From NCBI GenBank assembly GCA_964035545.1, contig OZ037766.1, positions 20,324,767 to 20,388,766 of the forward strand: 64,000 nt of DNA, in the 5' to 3' direction. A model generated the notes under the pieces. It searched no databases. It was given only the letters and a program-made list of their open reading frames with translations, and was not told where the DNA came from. Positions within the stretch are counted from its first letter, which is position 1, and each line of letters begins with the position of its first letter. The position numbers were made by a program, and so were the translations under genes. Positions 1-11,920 of this stretch are shown here, piece by piece. The DNA is from Bugula neritina. Its lineage: Eukaryota > Animalia > Bryozoa.

Positions 1-3000
1 ATCACCTCCCCTGCACGCATTATCGATACTCCAAATATCTAGCAATAGGAAAATCTAGTAAGACTTTGTTTGGACTGGAATAGTCCAGCTAACATCATAA
101 ACTATAGTAGCTATAAAACATAATGGCTTTAATTAGTTGTTCAAAATTATGATCGAAATATCTTAAATTAGTCATTTTTAGTGAAATGAGTGCTTGTGTT
201 GGCAGAGTTGTATTTTGTGGTTGCTTAGAGCATTTTAATGTGTCTTGTATTACCTGCTTCACGTCGAGTCTCTTTCCTTGGTAGACGAATCCTTGCGGAG
301 TGTTGACGGTAACGGTAGAAAATGGAAGCATTGACATCACATCCTCTATCAGCAACCTCATCAGACGTTGAGAATAAAATATGAAATCATCCCTGGTAGT
401 CTCTTTCGATCTGCATCAGCAATATATCTATACCTGATACTCTTGAGCATGACAACAAGTTACATGTGCTTTCAAATTATATTTACTATAAAGTGTAAGC
501 AATTACCTTCAAAGATTTCAGCACAAACTAACCAATTTTAATCTTAATTTTTATATACTCTTATTTAATACTTTGAAAACTTGGGCTGTATTATATTACT
601 TTTAAAAAACCATAATAAAATACTTTAGTAAAACAAGAAGTGTTCCAGTTATTTTATCAATTCATCCTCTTGAAATTATTGATACAATAACTAGCAAATT
701 ATAAACACTTTTGAATTTACCTTATAAGAGCATGTATTCCTTGAATTTGATCTGTTTCTTTAAGAATGTGCAAGTTTTTGGGTAGTTCATCGCTGTCGAA
801 ATGATCATCTTGAGCCAACTTGGTCCGCAGCTTAAACCCTCTCTGATAATTATTAACATTAATTTATAAGTTTATGAGTACAGAATAATACAAAAATAAA
901 AAACCCTAAACTGGCACTTTAAAAAGCATGATGCAGCAGAAAAAATATTCCATTTACCTGTATGAAACTAAAGACAGGAAATATGCAACATTTTCAAATA
1001 ATTTCCCAAACCACAAGATGGTAAATGTGTACCTGCAGTAGCTGGCTGTGTACATGTTGGACAATCAATGTGACGGCAACTACATTCTCTCCACCTACAA
1101 CATGTTTCACACAGGATATAAGCAGCCATTTTATATCTGACAAGAAGTCATGTGACCAGAGATGTGATACACCTACCTCTGGGAACTATGATGTCTGCGT
1201 GTCTCATAGTGGGGGCAATACAATGATCATAGGACGGCTTCACAAACTTCATATACTGCTTTAAAACGCTGTCAAGGTCACGACCTCTATCAGTGATGTC
1301 ACGACTGAGCCTACGAGCCAGTCGTATGTCAGGGTCAGTGTCCACAAACACTTTCATGTCACACAACTAAAACCAAATAAAATTTGTTAGCTTACAGTTA
1401 GACAAATGACCAGGAGCAGCAAGACAGAACATAATATGATATGGTAGCTTCAGCAAATTGAAACACCATTAACAATTGACTTGATTTAACTGTGGACAGG
1501 CTGAGGTTCAATTTCATTAAACAAAAGTTGAGTAGCTTTTTTAACAAATAGGTATGATTATTTTCATAGTTAAAGAAACAGTCAACAGATGCACAGGAGA
1601 AACTTGGTGAAGAAATGAGAAAGTTGAAAAACCAATTCTGCCTCTAAGGTTGTACCAACCTGACTATACAGTCATAATGAACAGCTTTAAAAGCATGACA
1701 AATGTGCTAAATATGGTCTAAAGTGAAACACACTTGTGTAAAGACATGTAAGCACCTAATGGTGCCATGAACCTACCTCAATTAGTCTCTCATCACAGAA
1801 TGCTAAAATACCTTCAAATATCACCACGTTGGCACCATACAACCTTTTCTACAAATATACAACTAACGCATGTATCAAAAATTGCAATGGCCAATGTTGA
1901 TATCAAGAAAATCCCAGCAACAATAATTAGTACAATAAAGGAATTGTTACTTCCGCAAGGAGTATATGGCATATCATTTTATTAGATTTTATTAGAGTGA
2001 GTTTGAGAAATAAGCTTATCTTGGTTCATGAAGGAAAAGAATACTAACTGTTTGCTTCTCTCGGCTGTGGGAGGTAAAGTTATACATTGGAACTTCCACT
2101 TGTTTACCAGATTTGAGACGCTTGAGGGTCTGAACCAGCAAGTCGACGTCGAAGGCATCTGGGTGGTCAAAGTTGTACTCTGAGGCGTTGGCCTGTGCAT
2201 GCTGCTCTTCGCTTAGTATCTGTGATAATGTGAATATCAAACTAGGATAATAAAAGAGCTTCATCTGCAACTCAATAAGTATATGAACCAGTACGAGAAG
2301 TTAACTTATTAATAGCTGCTTTTTGCTGGAGTTGAAATAAATGTAATGGAACAGGAAAATTTTCCCTAAGCTAGTGTCACGAAATTATACCTTGATTTTA
2401 CTACACATATCACTTATAAAGATTTAAATTGAAGTTTGCAAAAAACTGTACCGAAATTTCAAAAATATTATTGTAAAACTATTTGAGAAATTCACCAAAT
2501 AACACTTGTTATGTTTTGTAGACTTTCACTAACGTGACAAAATTTTTGAATGGGGTGCGTGGCTTTCCAATCCTAGAAATAATTTTGATCCTTATTTTCC
2601 TTTTAACATTTCCATCGCTTAAATATTTAGACTTTAGGCTCTCTCGCTAAGAACTACTCAGTACAAAAAGAAGGCAACAGCCACAAAATATTTTTACTAA
2701 TACCCTAAGATGGTGGACAGCTGCATTAAGCTACCAGAATGTAAATATTATACATTGCTGGTTCCGTAGCTTGCAGATCCATTTCTCATGAAACTTCACA
2801 GGTCATGAGAAGGGCTTAGACCCCAGTTTTGTCACTTATGTAGGCCTATGTGTAATGTGTATAGGAATAAATGGTTGAATGTAACAAAACCTCGAGTTAA
2901 ATTTGAAACTTTACTAAGGCAGATTGAGGTTTCGGTTTCAGTCCAGACAGACGATTTCCAGTTAAACGACCATCAACATATTCCACTTAGATGACCCCAA

Positions 3001-5001
3001 CTGAACGCCTTTTATTTAGACAACTTTAAAGTGTATTTTAAAGACATTAATAATTGAAAAGTTAATGATATTTGATACAAGTCGCATTTATTTTGATTTC
3101 ATGTGAATACATGTGTACATGTGTCTAACTGAAGCCGTATGCATAATATGACTCATTGAAACCATTGCTCTAACAGTTTACTGGAGTCATTATCCATAAG
3201 ATGCTTATTTTTTTTTAAAATAGTATAATATAATTATTTGACACTATTCTTCTACATTATATTTACAGAATTTAAAATCTTAAAGTAGTCAAATATATTT
3301 AAACATCATTTGCACATATATTTGATAGGGTCGTCTAACTGGAATTTGGTTGTCTATATGGAATAACACCGAGGATTCGGGACCAGTAGGTTAGTGAGAT
3401 AGGGAGGGAGCACTGTATTGTCTTTCTCTCTGTACAAATAAGCCACAAGTGAAATCTCACCTTGTAGAAACTGTCCATACTGAGAATGCTGACCCATTGG
3501 ATGTCAAGAGCCTCAATAATCTTTCTGGCAACTGTTGTCTTGCCTGAGGCACTTCCACCACAAATTCCTATCAAATTGCCACTATATTTAAATATGATAT
3601 AATGTAACATGATACAATATAATAGATGCGGAAAGACTTGGTATTTCCAAGTAATAGGCAGGAGTATTTGTTTATTTACTACTGCGACAAATAAATAAAT
3701 AAATAAATAAATAAAATACAATGCAATATAATATAATATAATACAATATAATATAGTGCCTTGTAATATATTATAATATAATGCAATGTGAATAAAGAGA
3801 CTTGATATTTTTCAGTAGTGAGCATGATTATTTAATTTAAAGCTCATATGCATTTGAAAAAAATAATATTGAGATTTTGAACAGATGTGCATTTGAAGGA
3901 AATATATTATCTATTTGAAAAATTTAAAAAAAATATTTTTGTAGATTGCATTTACTAGATAAAATTAGAGAACAAATTAAGAGTGTTACTGTTAGCCCAT
4001 AACAATAACATAAAGTTCCCACAACTTCAACCTTCCTGATCAATAATGATAGTTATATCCGTTGAAAACCCATCTAGTGTTAAAATATTGGTGTTAGTTT
4101 TGACTTGAAAGTAATTAGAATATGTAAAATGAGTATTATTATGCACATGTATACATGTATACAAATTTCATTATGAAGCTGCAAAATTCTATTTTATGTT
4201 ATTGAAAGAAATGTTAAACAAAAAAGGTACAACATGGTCTAGGGCCTAGGCCCTAGGGGTTAAAGTGTCTGGATTAGTAAACCTAAAGCCATGAGTTGAT
4301 CCCCAGTAAAGGCTGTGGTGATGTTAGGAAAAACACTCAATTATAATTGCTCTTCTGCCATGTATGAATAAGTCCTCAGCCTACTTTATTAAACCCTTTT
4401 CACCAGGGGGTTCCTACAGGGATAGTGACTATAAACTTTCTAGAAGTTTTTTAAACCAACAAATGAAAGGTTATTATTTTTGACACCAGACAAAGGTGAT
4501 GACAGCCTAGGTAGAGGTTGAGTAACATCTACATTAGTTTCTGCCTGTGTGTTAGCAAAGTCACTAGAGTTGGTCCCAAACCTACAACATACTGATCTGG
4601 TATTTTGGCACATCAGCCAATACTGAAATACAAGCTGCCTCACCGATAACAAAAGCTTCTTTCAGCTCCCCCTTAGTGTCGTACCATGGGGGTCTACCAG
4701 CCGTGTATATAGTTCTCTTCCCTTTGTGTATTACATCTTGTACATTTTCTGTTTCCATAATACAACCAAAAATTAATACATTGTTGAGAGTTATCATTAG
4801 AAAAACTACAGAACTAATGAAATTTTATATTCCTTCCATTTAAAAGTATTCATAAAACATTTAGGTTAAAACAGGCTGTTTTATGCACCTGTAAAACTAG
4901 TGGTACGCAATCGTCTCCTTTGGAGGGCAGCTGCCCTGGAATTTGGACTCTTGGGTGGTTTAGTTGGAGACAGACTAGGAGACAGCAAAACTGGCTCATC
5001 C
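1..5001 (-). CDS. UCKL1: Uridine-cytidine kinase-like 1 (kinase + UPRT-like domain), multi-exon, continues beyond left window edge
   Basis: Phase-compatible GT-AG exons 4889-5001, 4644-4748, 3461-3567, 2049-2219, 1777-1848, 1177-1366, 1033-1094, 721-842, 254-410, 1-38. They translate to [12 protein letters not shown], the P-loop [57 protein letters not shown] and GVSIMRAGE, matching the UCKL1 kinase-UPRT architecture. Confidence 0.95.
4232..4437 (+). mobile_element. tRNA-derived SINE-like repeat, copy 1
   Basis: Head with A-box-like TGGTCTAGG..GGTTAA and B-box-like GAGTTGATCCCC. The body aligns colinearly with 42445-42616 (GGTGAT.TTAGGAAAA, ATAATTGCTC, TGAATAAG, AAACCCTTT, GACTATAAACT). Confidence 0.6.
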
Positions 5002-8000
5002 CTATAAAACATATCAAGTTTTAACATTGTAATTATCAGAAGAGTGAGCATAAATAAAACAGAAAATTAGAGCCTTTTTGTTTCCAAAAATTTACTTATG
5101 GAAAAACAAAATCCGAAGTATTAACAAAACTATGTTTGAAAGAGGATATTAAATTTTAATAAAATTTGCATTTATTTATATTTATAGTTCATCTTGCTAT
5201 GCACTTAGAAAAATTTTTCACAAAGCTTCATGATATTGTGGCTCTCATATTATAACGTAAAACTGCCCCCCACCAGAGATCTAACCGCAAGCCCCAACTG
5301 GCAAGCTGGCATGCTAAACACTGCAGCTAGGGTTACGGTAGAATCTCGACGTCACAGATTATTGCAAATCTTGGATTATTACTGGTCGCATGTAAAGTTT
5401 CATAGTTGATGTGTCGCAGTACAAAACTGTAAATAATGTCACTTATTTTAGCAATGTAGCACTTGGAACAAGCGAAAACCTTTATAGAAACAATTGTAAG
5501 CACTCTTTTAATGTAATTGTGCCATTTTTTCAGTAGAAATAAATAATATTAGTCAAATTGAAACAATATAAAGCATCCATTGTGGTAATAAAGTATTAAA
5601 AGAAATATACCTCATTTTACAGTAAGTTAAAAGTGTCATAGTTAGACAGTAAATGTAGGGTGATTAGTTAGAGGTTGTGATGTTGTGAAGGCTACAGGTG
5701 TGTTGACAGGTGACAGGTAACTGGCAGGTAACAAGGTGGTAATGAAAAGTATAATATAAGCTGTGATTACACTGTATGCCATTTAACCTTAAAAGGATAT
5801 GTTTGCCAACAGCATACATCTAACTATATAGACTAAGGTATAATTTGAAGTAACAACTTAAATTATAATGCTAGGGTTTGTCAACATTTAGAAGTTTTAC
5901 TGAAAAACATATCAACTTTGGTGTGACTTTTGCCATTCCAGTTTTCAAATGTTTGAATAAACAGTTTCAAAATCCTGATACACTGATTGGCTGAGCAGTA
6001 TAAGAGATATGTGAAAACTTGAAGACAAATATAAATTTGTTAATTTCTAGCTGTGCTAGGAATGCAAGTGAAGTAATATCATGCAGTGCTCCTACGTGTC
6101 TATTAAATAGATATTATCTTCCCAACAACAGAATGTTTATGTGAACGCTAGTACTACTTTCAACACTATGACTAGTTTTGCTATAACCTGCAACTTTACC
6201 TTTATTTATTGTAAAATGAAACTAACCACTGTAAGAAAAGACCTGTCATATTTTACACTAACCACACACACTGGTAATCAAACATGCAAGTTATTGTTTC
6301 CACTTTGAAGTAGGAATAATGCAATAACATATGCATAACACAAATGTTTCGTTTACTGGACTTACAACATGTTACAAAAACCTTTTAGCTGCTAGAAGAG
6401 TGAGTGCCAAGTAGAGGGATAATCTGGGCCCATAAGATTCAATTTGTCAAAAGACTCCTTGAAAAATGAACTTAGAAATATGGGCTATAAGTTTATCCCT
6501 TTATATTTCGTATTACAGCAAATAGATACTGGTTAGGTGCAGTAATGGTTCAGCACTGACTAGAAGGAAATGAATTTCTTCCCCTAAAGAATTTACTGCT
6601 CAGGTGTTTTTCGAACTTCAGTTTTCAAAAGTATGTGAACTTTCAGGTAGCAGCAAAATTTCAAGGGAGTGTAAATCTTGTAGAATAAAAAGGCTAGAAT
6701 TTAATATAAAATATAAAATATTTCATGCAGCATACATTATTATGATGGACATCACGTTTACCACAAAAAGCAGACTGGCACTGTACACCATTTAACACAG
6801 ACAGCACATTTGGACCAATATTGATTATTTAGTGAATATATGCATTCCAAAGAAAGAATTTTATCTCAAAATATTGAGGTATCTAACAAAATATTGATAC
6901 AAAAGGCACTCTACATATTCACTGTGTTTCCATTATGGAATAGATGCTCCTACGATAAATTATGGTTGCAGTTTGGGTAAACAAGTTTATGATGTGGTTT
7001 CATTCTATACAACTGCTTCCAAACATGGAATGAAAAATTCCTTTGCATTAGCTTAATGCTGAAGCTTGGAAAAGGAGCGATTTTGGTTGATGATGTACAA
7101 ACAAATTCCACATGAAGACACTTTAGAGCAAGAGTGGACAACTTCTTCTGCTCGAGGGCCAAGTTCAGAAGTCAGTCAATTTCGGCCATTTTTATTAACA
7201 ACCAGGCTGAATCGTATCAGGTATACTAAGTGGCGATGATCAAACACTGCTTGATTAAAAAAAATCCTATTGGGTGGAGATACATTCTCAAAGTCCCCGG
7301 TTGGTTAAAATCTTTGTCTTCTTGTTGGACAGTTATAACCAATGAGTTGACATATTACTAAAATTTAAAGAATCTTTTCCGCTGCCTTATTTTAATTGCT
7401 TATTGTTGATTTGATTTACTCAATTCAATAGCTTCAAAAAATAAAAGAACCTTTATCCGGCCTGTTTAAATTAAACCTAGCTTAAAAATCTAGGCTTAAA
7501 CATTTATCTAGTCTATAACATTTACATCACATCTTAAGAGAAGAATGTTTTGACAAGTTTGTGAATAATATCCAAAAACCGTGTCACCGCAGAAAAGAAT
7601 TAGCTTAATTATGATTGGCTATAGTCTAATGTGATGAGTTATGCTTTTTGGTTTGACAAAACATGCTAGCAGTGCTATTTTGTTTTTCTTTTGCTGTTTT
7701 GGCCTATGGTGCGGCAAAGTGTGTCTAGACTCTAGAGGGAATGAATCCATATTGATGCCAGTACAAATTACAACTAAGGAAAACGACAAGTTCTTATGCA
7801 ATCAGGACAAAGTTGAAGACAACTCCTTTTCAATCATGCCACCTGCATTAAAATGTAAATTAGTATGACCGACGTTGAGTCAGTGTTAACACCTAAGAGA
7901 GAGCCACTTCTGCCACAATTTTCGCTAGATTAAATTTATTAGATACCAAACACTTTGAATCAGGTCTTTTTAAATTAAAAAAGCCTCAATTAGTTTATGA

Positions 8001-9067
8001 CTCGTGAACTAAAGATTAATGCCCCCAACAGACTACAGTGGAAACTGAACTGAACGCCAACTGCCTCTAGCCCCTTCAGTAAACTTTTAACCGGTAGAAA
8101 TAGCGTAATTTAGCTTCTTCTGTATCCACAGCAACCAACAATCAAACTTAGCACAATTTATTGAGATTTACTAGTATAATTCAATAAGATTTACTAGTTA
8201 TTTTTATTCTAATTTACTAGCTTCAGTTATTCAAAATTACTAGCTTTACTTAATGAGATTTACTAGCTTTATTCAACCGAATTCACTGGCATAAAGGCCT
8301 AAATATTATGCTAATAAAATTCAGTTAAATTAGAATAACCAAATCTGCTATTAAAATTCAGCCAAATTTATCTCCTGAATATTTATTTTCATAATTTATT
8401 AAGATTTGCATGCATAACTATTAAGTAAAATAATTATGTTTTCAAAGAACCAAATCAAATAATAATGCTCGCTGGTAGCCAAGTCAACCAATCAGGGCTT
8501 ACCTGCCAACCAGTGATTGGATAGCTGAATGCAAAATTGTAGCATTGGACAAGTGAAGCTCACAGCTAAAACATGATTTTTGCTGAAGATCTAAAAGAGA
8601 GTTTTATATACTTGTGTATATTAAACAAATAAAGATCAGATGCACCAAAATAAGCACAGTTTTAATATTTTAGTTGTGTCCCACCCAGTGGTCCATTGTA
8701 CCCTGTAACAGGCACAATGGGCCAGATTTTTCATCATGAAAATGTCTTTATTGTGAAAGTTGTGAAAAAGATAGAAACAACAAATTGATATCTATAACCG
8801 ACAACTGATGCAGCATTTAGACTAAAGATTATGGAACTAGTAGCTGACAAAAACATGGACTTAAGCTATTTAGCAATCAATGCAACAGCTATATAGGTTT
8901 ATATAGGTATATTACTATATAATTATATAGCACCAAAATAAAAAATAGAGTCCTAATGGGAAGCGTCTACCTGAGATAAAACCAGTTATTTAAGTAGAAT
9001 AACTTACAGTTGCTATGTTTATGTAGTAAATTTGATGCAAATTGTGGCAGTTACTATGTGTTTATAC

Positions 9068-9506
9068 AATGGGTGCTCAACCTTTTTTTCGGAAAAGGCC
9101 GTAAAATAACCCTGAGCCACCAAAAAAGCCACTAGAAAGTGTCAATTTCACTGTCGAAACTCTCCCTATACTTTAATTAAAGCCTGTTTTCAAATTTGAT
9201 ATTCATTTATTGGTGTCCGGTAAAAATGGAACGGTAAAGATGAAACAGGTAATATATCGGCCAGATAGGAGTCTGTTAGCCTCAATCTGAATTTGATTTT
9301 GGCACACTCCATTCGAGAGAATAACTGTTCACATTAACATGTGCTAGCAGTCGTGATTCATATAGTAAACTTGAGAATTAGTAAAAAGCAAAATTGAGGA
9401 AAAATTGAACCTAAACTAAATTTTTATTTTACTAAGAGACCAAAGGCCACAGTTACCAGCTCAAAAGGCCGCCTAAAGTCTAAAAACCACAGGTTGAGCA
9501 TCACTG
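9068..9506. mobile_element. hAT-type MITE
   Basis: TIRs AATGGGTGCTCAACCT / AGGTTGAGCATCACTG flanked by a perfect 8-bp TSD GTTTATAC (9060-9067, 9507-9514); no ORF. Confidence 0.8.
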
Positions 9507-9637
9507 GTTTATACCTTATATGAAAAAAATTCAGAGTCAGTTAAATGTTAACACCACTAGTCCCAGTAGGCTACACCTTTATAGTTTTACTGAAAATAGT
9601 TGACATCATATTGATGAGGAAACTCACATTTGATCAC

Positions 9638-9715
9638 TCTGCTAGTTGGTTTTCAGATCCTAAATCTGGAGAATGGCTTTTCAGCTCACCATGAAGGTTC
9701 GATAAATCCTCCAAT
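9638..9715 (-). CDS. Candidate optional UCKL1 exon (LEDLSNLHGELKSHSPDLGSENQLA)
   Basis: AG acceptor at 9716-9717 with a TACTAAG branch-like motif. The 78-nt exon is phase 2-2 and open in the UCKL1 frame, but the donor (GTGATC) is weak. Confidence 0.35.
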
Positions 9716-9950
9716 CTAACGACTTTAACTTAGTAAAAAAGATCCCTAACAATTTATTTTAAAAACAAGAGACTGATTTTTATGGCGACCAGTCAGACTG
9801 TCTGATATTGACAGACTGTCCAATATGAAGTGAGAGAAACAAAATACCACGTAGAAATAACTTCCGGTTTTCTATGGATCGATCTTAGCTGGTCCGACAA
9901 TAAAGATAGAACTCAGGTCGAACTCATGTCAATAAGACCCCAGAAAGTAC

Positions 9951-10000
9951 AAGGCCTGGCCTCATGCTAGTGAGAATCACATAAAACTCTTAAAGATTTT
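9951..10000 (+). mobile_element. 5' end of a non-autonomous TIR element (Harbinger-like termini), interrupted by an LTR
   Basis: GGCCTCATGCTAGTGAGAATCAC matches GGCCTCACACTCGTGAGAATCAC at 11330 and is inverted-similar to TTCTCACCTGCAAAGGCC ending at 17163. Confidence 0.5.
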
Positions 10001-10010
10001 TGTAAGTTAT

Positions 10011-11290
10011 TGTAATATTATGGTTGCCGATGAAGTGGATTGTATTTTGTTAATGAACACGAGCAGGTATTGTATTTAACATGGCGATAACTTTATTCAA
10101 ACTGAAGGTAACCTTGACCTAATAAAAGCGTAACATTATAGCGAGTACATTATAATACAACACCTCCTTTTCTCAAGACAATAATAAAAGATGGGGAGAC
10201 TACACAAAATTTTAATACAGCAGAAAACACACATTTGAAACATATTGATAGTACACAGAGACATTTTAGTACACTAGTGAAAACAAACACAATGGTAATA
10301 CAATACATATTAAAATGAAAACAAACACAGCACATAGTCTATTTACAAATCCAAAATCTGTCTACGTTTAATAGTTCTACCAAAACTAGATTTTTTAGCG
10401 ACATTATAGTCATCAGACAACTTAGTAGTTTGTAATGGCACTAGGTTGATAACATTGCGTCTGAGTGGGACACCATTAGTACTTTTAACAACAATCGATC
10501 GGGGCCTGGCAGGGGAAGTATTAACAACTTCAGTATCATGATTCAGATCACGCACATGAACTCTATCACCAGGACTTAACGATGGAGGGACCACAACTCG
10601 ATGTCTCAAGTCAAATGTATCTTTGCTCTGGGCTCTAGCATGAGCCTCTTTTTGCTTAACCCGTTCTACATCGGGCTGCTTTGGGGCCAACACTGATGGC
10701 AAAGAAGGCACCGTAGTGCGCAGTTTCCGACCCATCAACAACTCAGCTGGAGAGACACCATGTTCCAACGGTGAAGACCTATAAGACATCAACCCTAAAG
10801 ACGGAATCTTGTCTTTTCTTCAAAATGTTTTCAACAGTCTGAACGGCTCGTTCAGCTGCACCATTTTCCTGAGGGTGTTTAGGAGAACTGGTAACATGGG
10901 TAAAAAACCAAACTTTCGGGCGAAAGATTTAAATTCCTCTGAAGCATATTGCACACCATTATCAGAAATCAGGACCTCTGGGACACCATGTCGAGCAAAT
11001 ATGCTCTTCAAATGGAGTATAACCTTAGAACTGGTGAGATCTTCCAACAAGGCAACTTCAATAAAACGAGAATAGTAATCGACTACTAGCAAGAACCACT
11101 TACTGTCAAAATAGAACAAGTCGCTGCCTAGTTTTTCCCAAGGACGACTAGGAACCTCAGAACGAAGGAGTGGAGATTGCTGAACGTTTGACTTCTTCCT
11201 ACAGGACTCACATTTTTTAACCATCTCCGCAAATTGCTGTGACATATTGGGCCACCAGACTGAATGTGCAGCTCGGTGGGTGCACACAGC
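10011..11290 (-). mobile_element. Ty3/Gypsy remnant A: integrase, PPT and about 150-bp 3' LTR
   Basis: Integrase motifs VWWP..C..C, RPWEKLGSDLF, VVDYYSRFIEV, SDNGVQY and SPAELLMGRKLRT, with a frameshift near 10850-10900. PPT GAGAAAAGGAGGTGT (10160-10174) abuts a TG...CA LTR (about 10011-10159) containing a minus-strand AATAAA. Confidence 0.9.
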
Positions 11291-11325
11291 GCACGCTATT
11301 CCCTCAAATTTGATCATACAGGCCT

Positions 11326-11452
11326 GGCTGGCCTCACACTCGTGAGAATCACACGAAATCGTGAAAACACAAACCTATGTGCACCCACCAAAGAGGTTGG
11401 ACGAAAAACGCAAATAACGATGAGCACCATTTTATCGGTCAGTAGAATTTTA
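11326..11452 (+). mobile_element. Second copy (5' part) of the Harbinger-like non-autonomous element
   Basis: Shares its terminus with the 9951 copy; 11401-11452 aligns directly with 16917-16968. Confidence 0.55.
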
Positions 11453-11920
11453 ATTTTTTGTTAATAAAATAATCAAATATGACAAATTTAATATTTATTA
11501 GCTAAGCAAAAGTTGACATTTCAGTAAATTTATGTTTAACAACAGTTAAACTGTGAAAAGTAAATGAAAATGACACATGTTTGTGTGTTTATATAAAACT
11601 CAAACTGATTATTTTTTCATTTTTATTTCTTTCATTACTTATTACTTATATTTTTTATTGTTGCTGAATAGAAAATTAAAATGACCTGTTTTATAGTATT
11701 TTCTCTATGAAGGAACTATAGCTAAGATGTTTTAGCTAAAATAATTATAAAATAAAACAGAAGTTGGCAGTGTCTGCTTCAGTTGCATTTATTTGAATTT
11801 AACTACATCTTAACTTTTTTCAAATCACTGCTACTCATTGTGCACATCAACTCAGTTGCTTACGTGCATACTTGTTTTTAGGATCACAAAAATCAAACGG
11901 TAGTAGTTTTGTGGGTAGAA

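Noticed and set aside
5265-5335. tRNA-like sequence on the minus strand
   Set aside because: No convincing cloverleaf; more likely a decayed repeat head than a tRNA gene
7050-7220. Plus-strand coding-looking stretch ending in AG/GT
   Set aside because: No identifiable homology or partner exons
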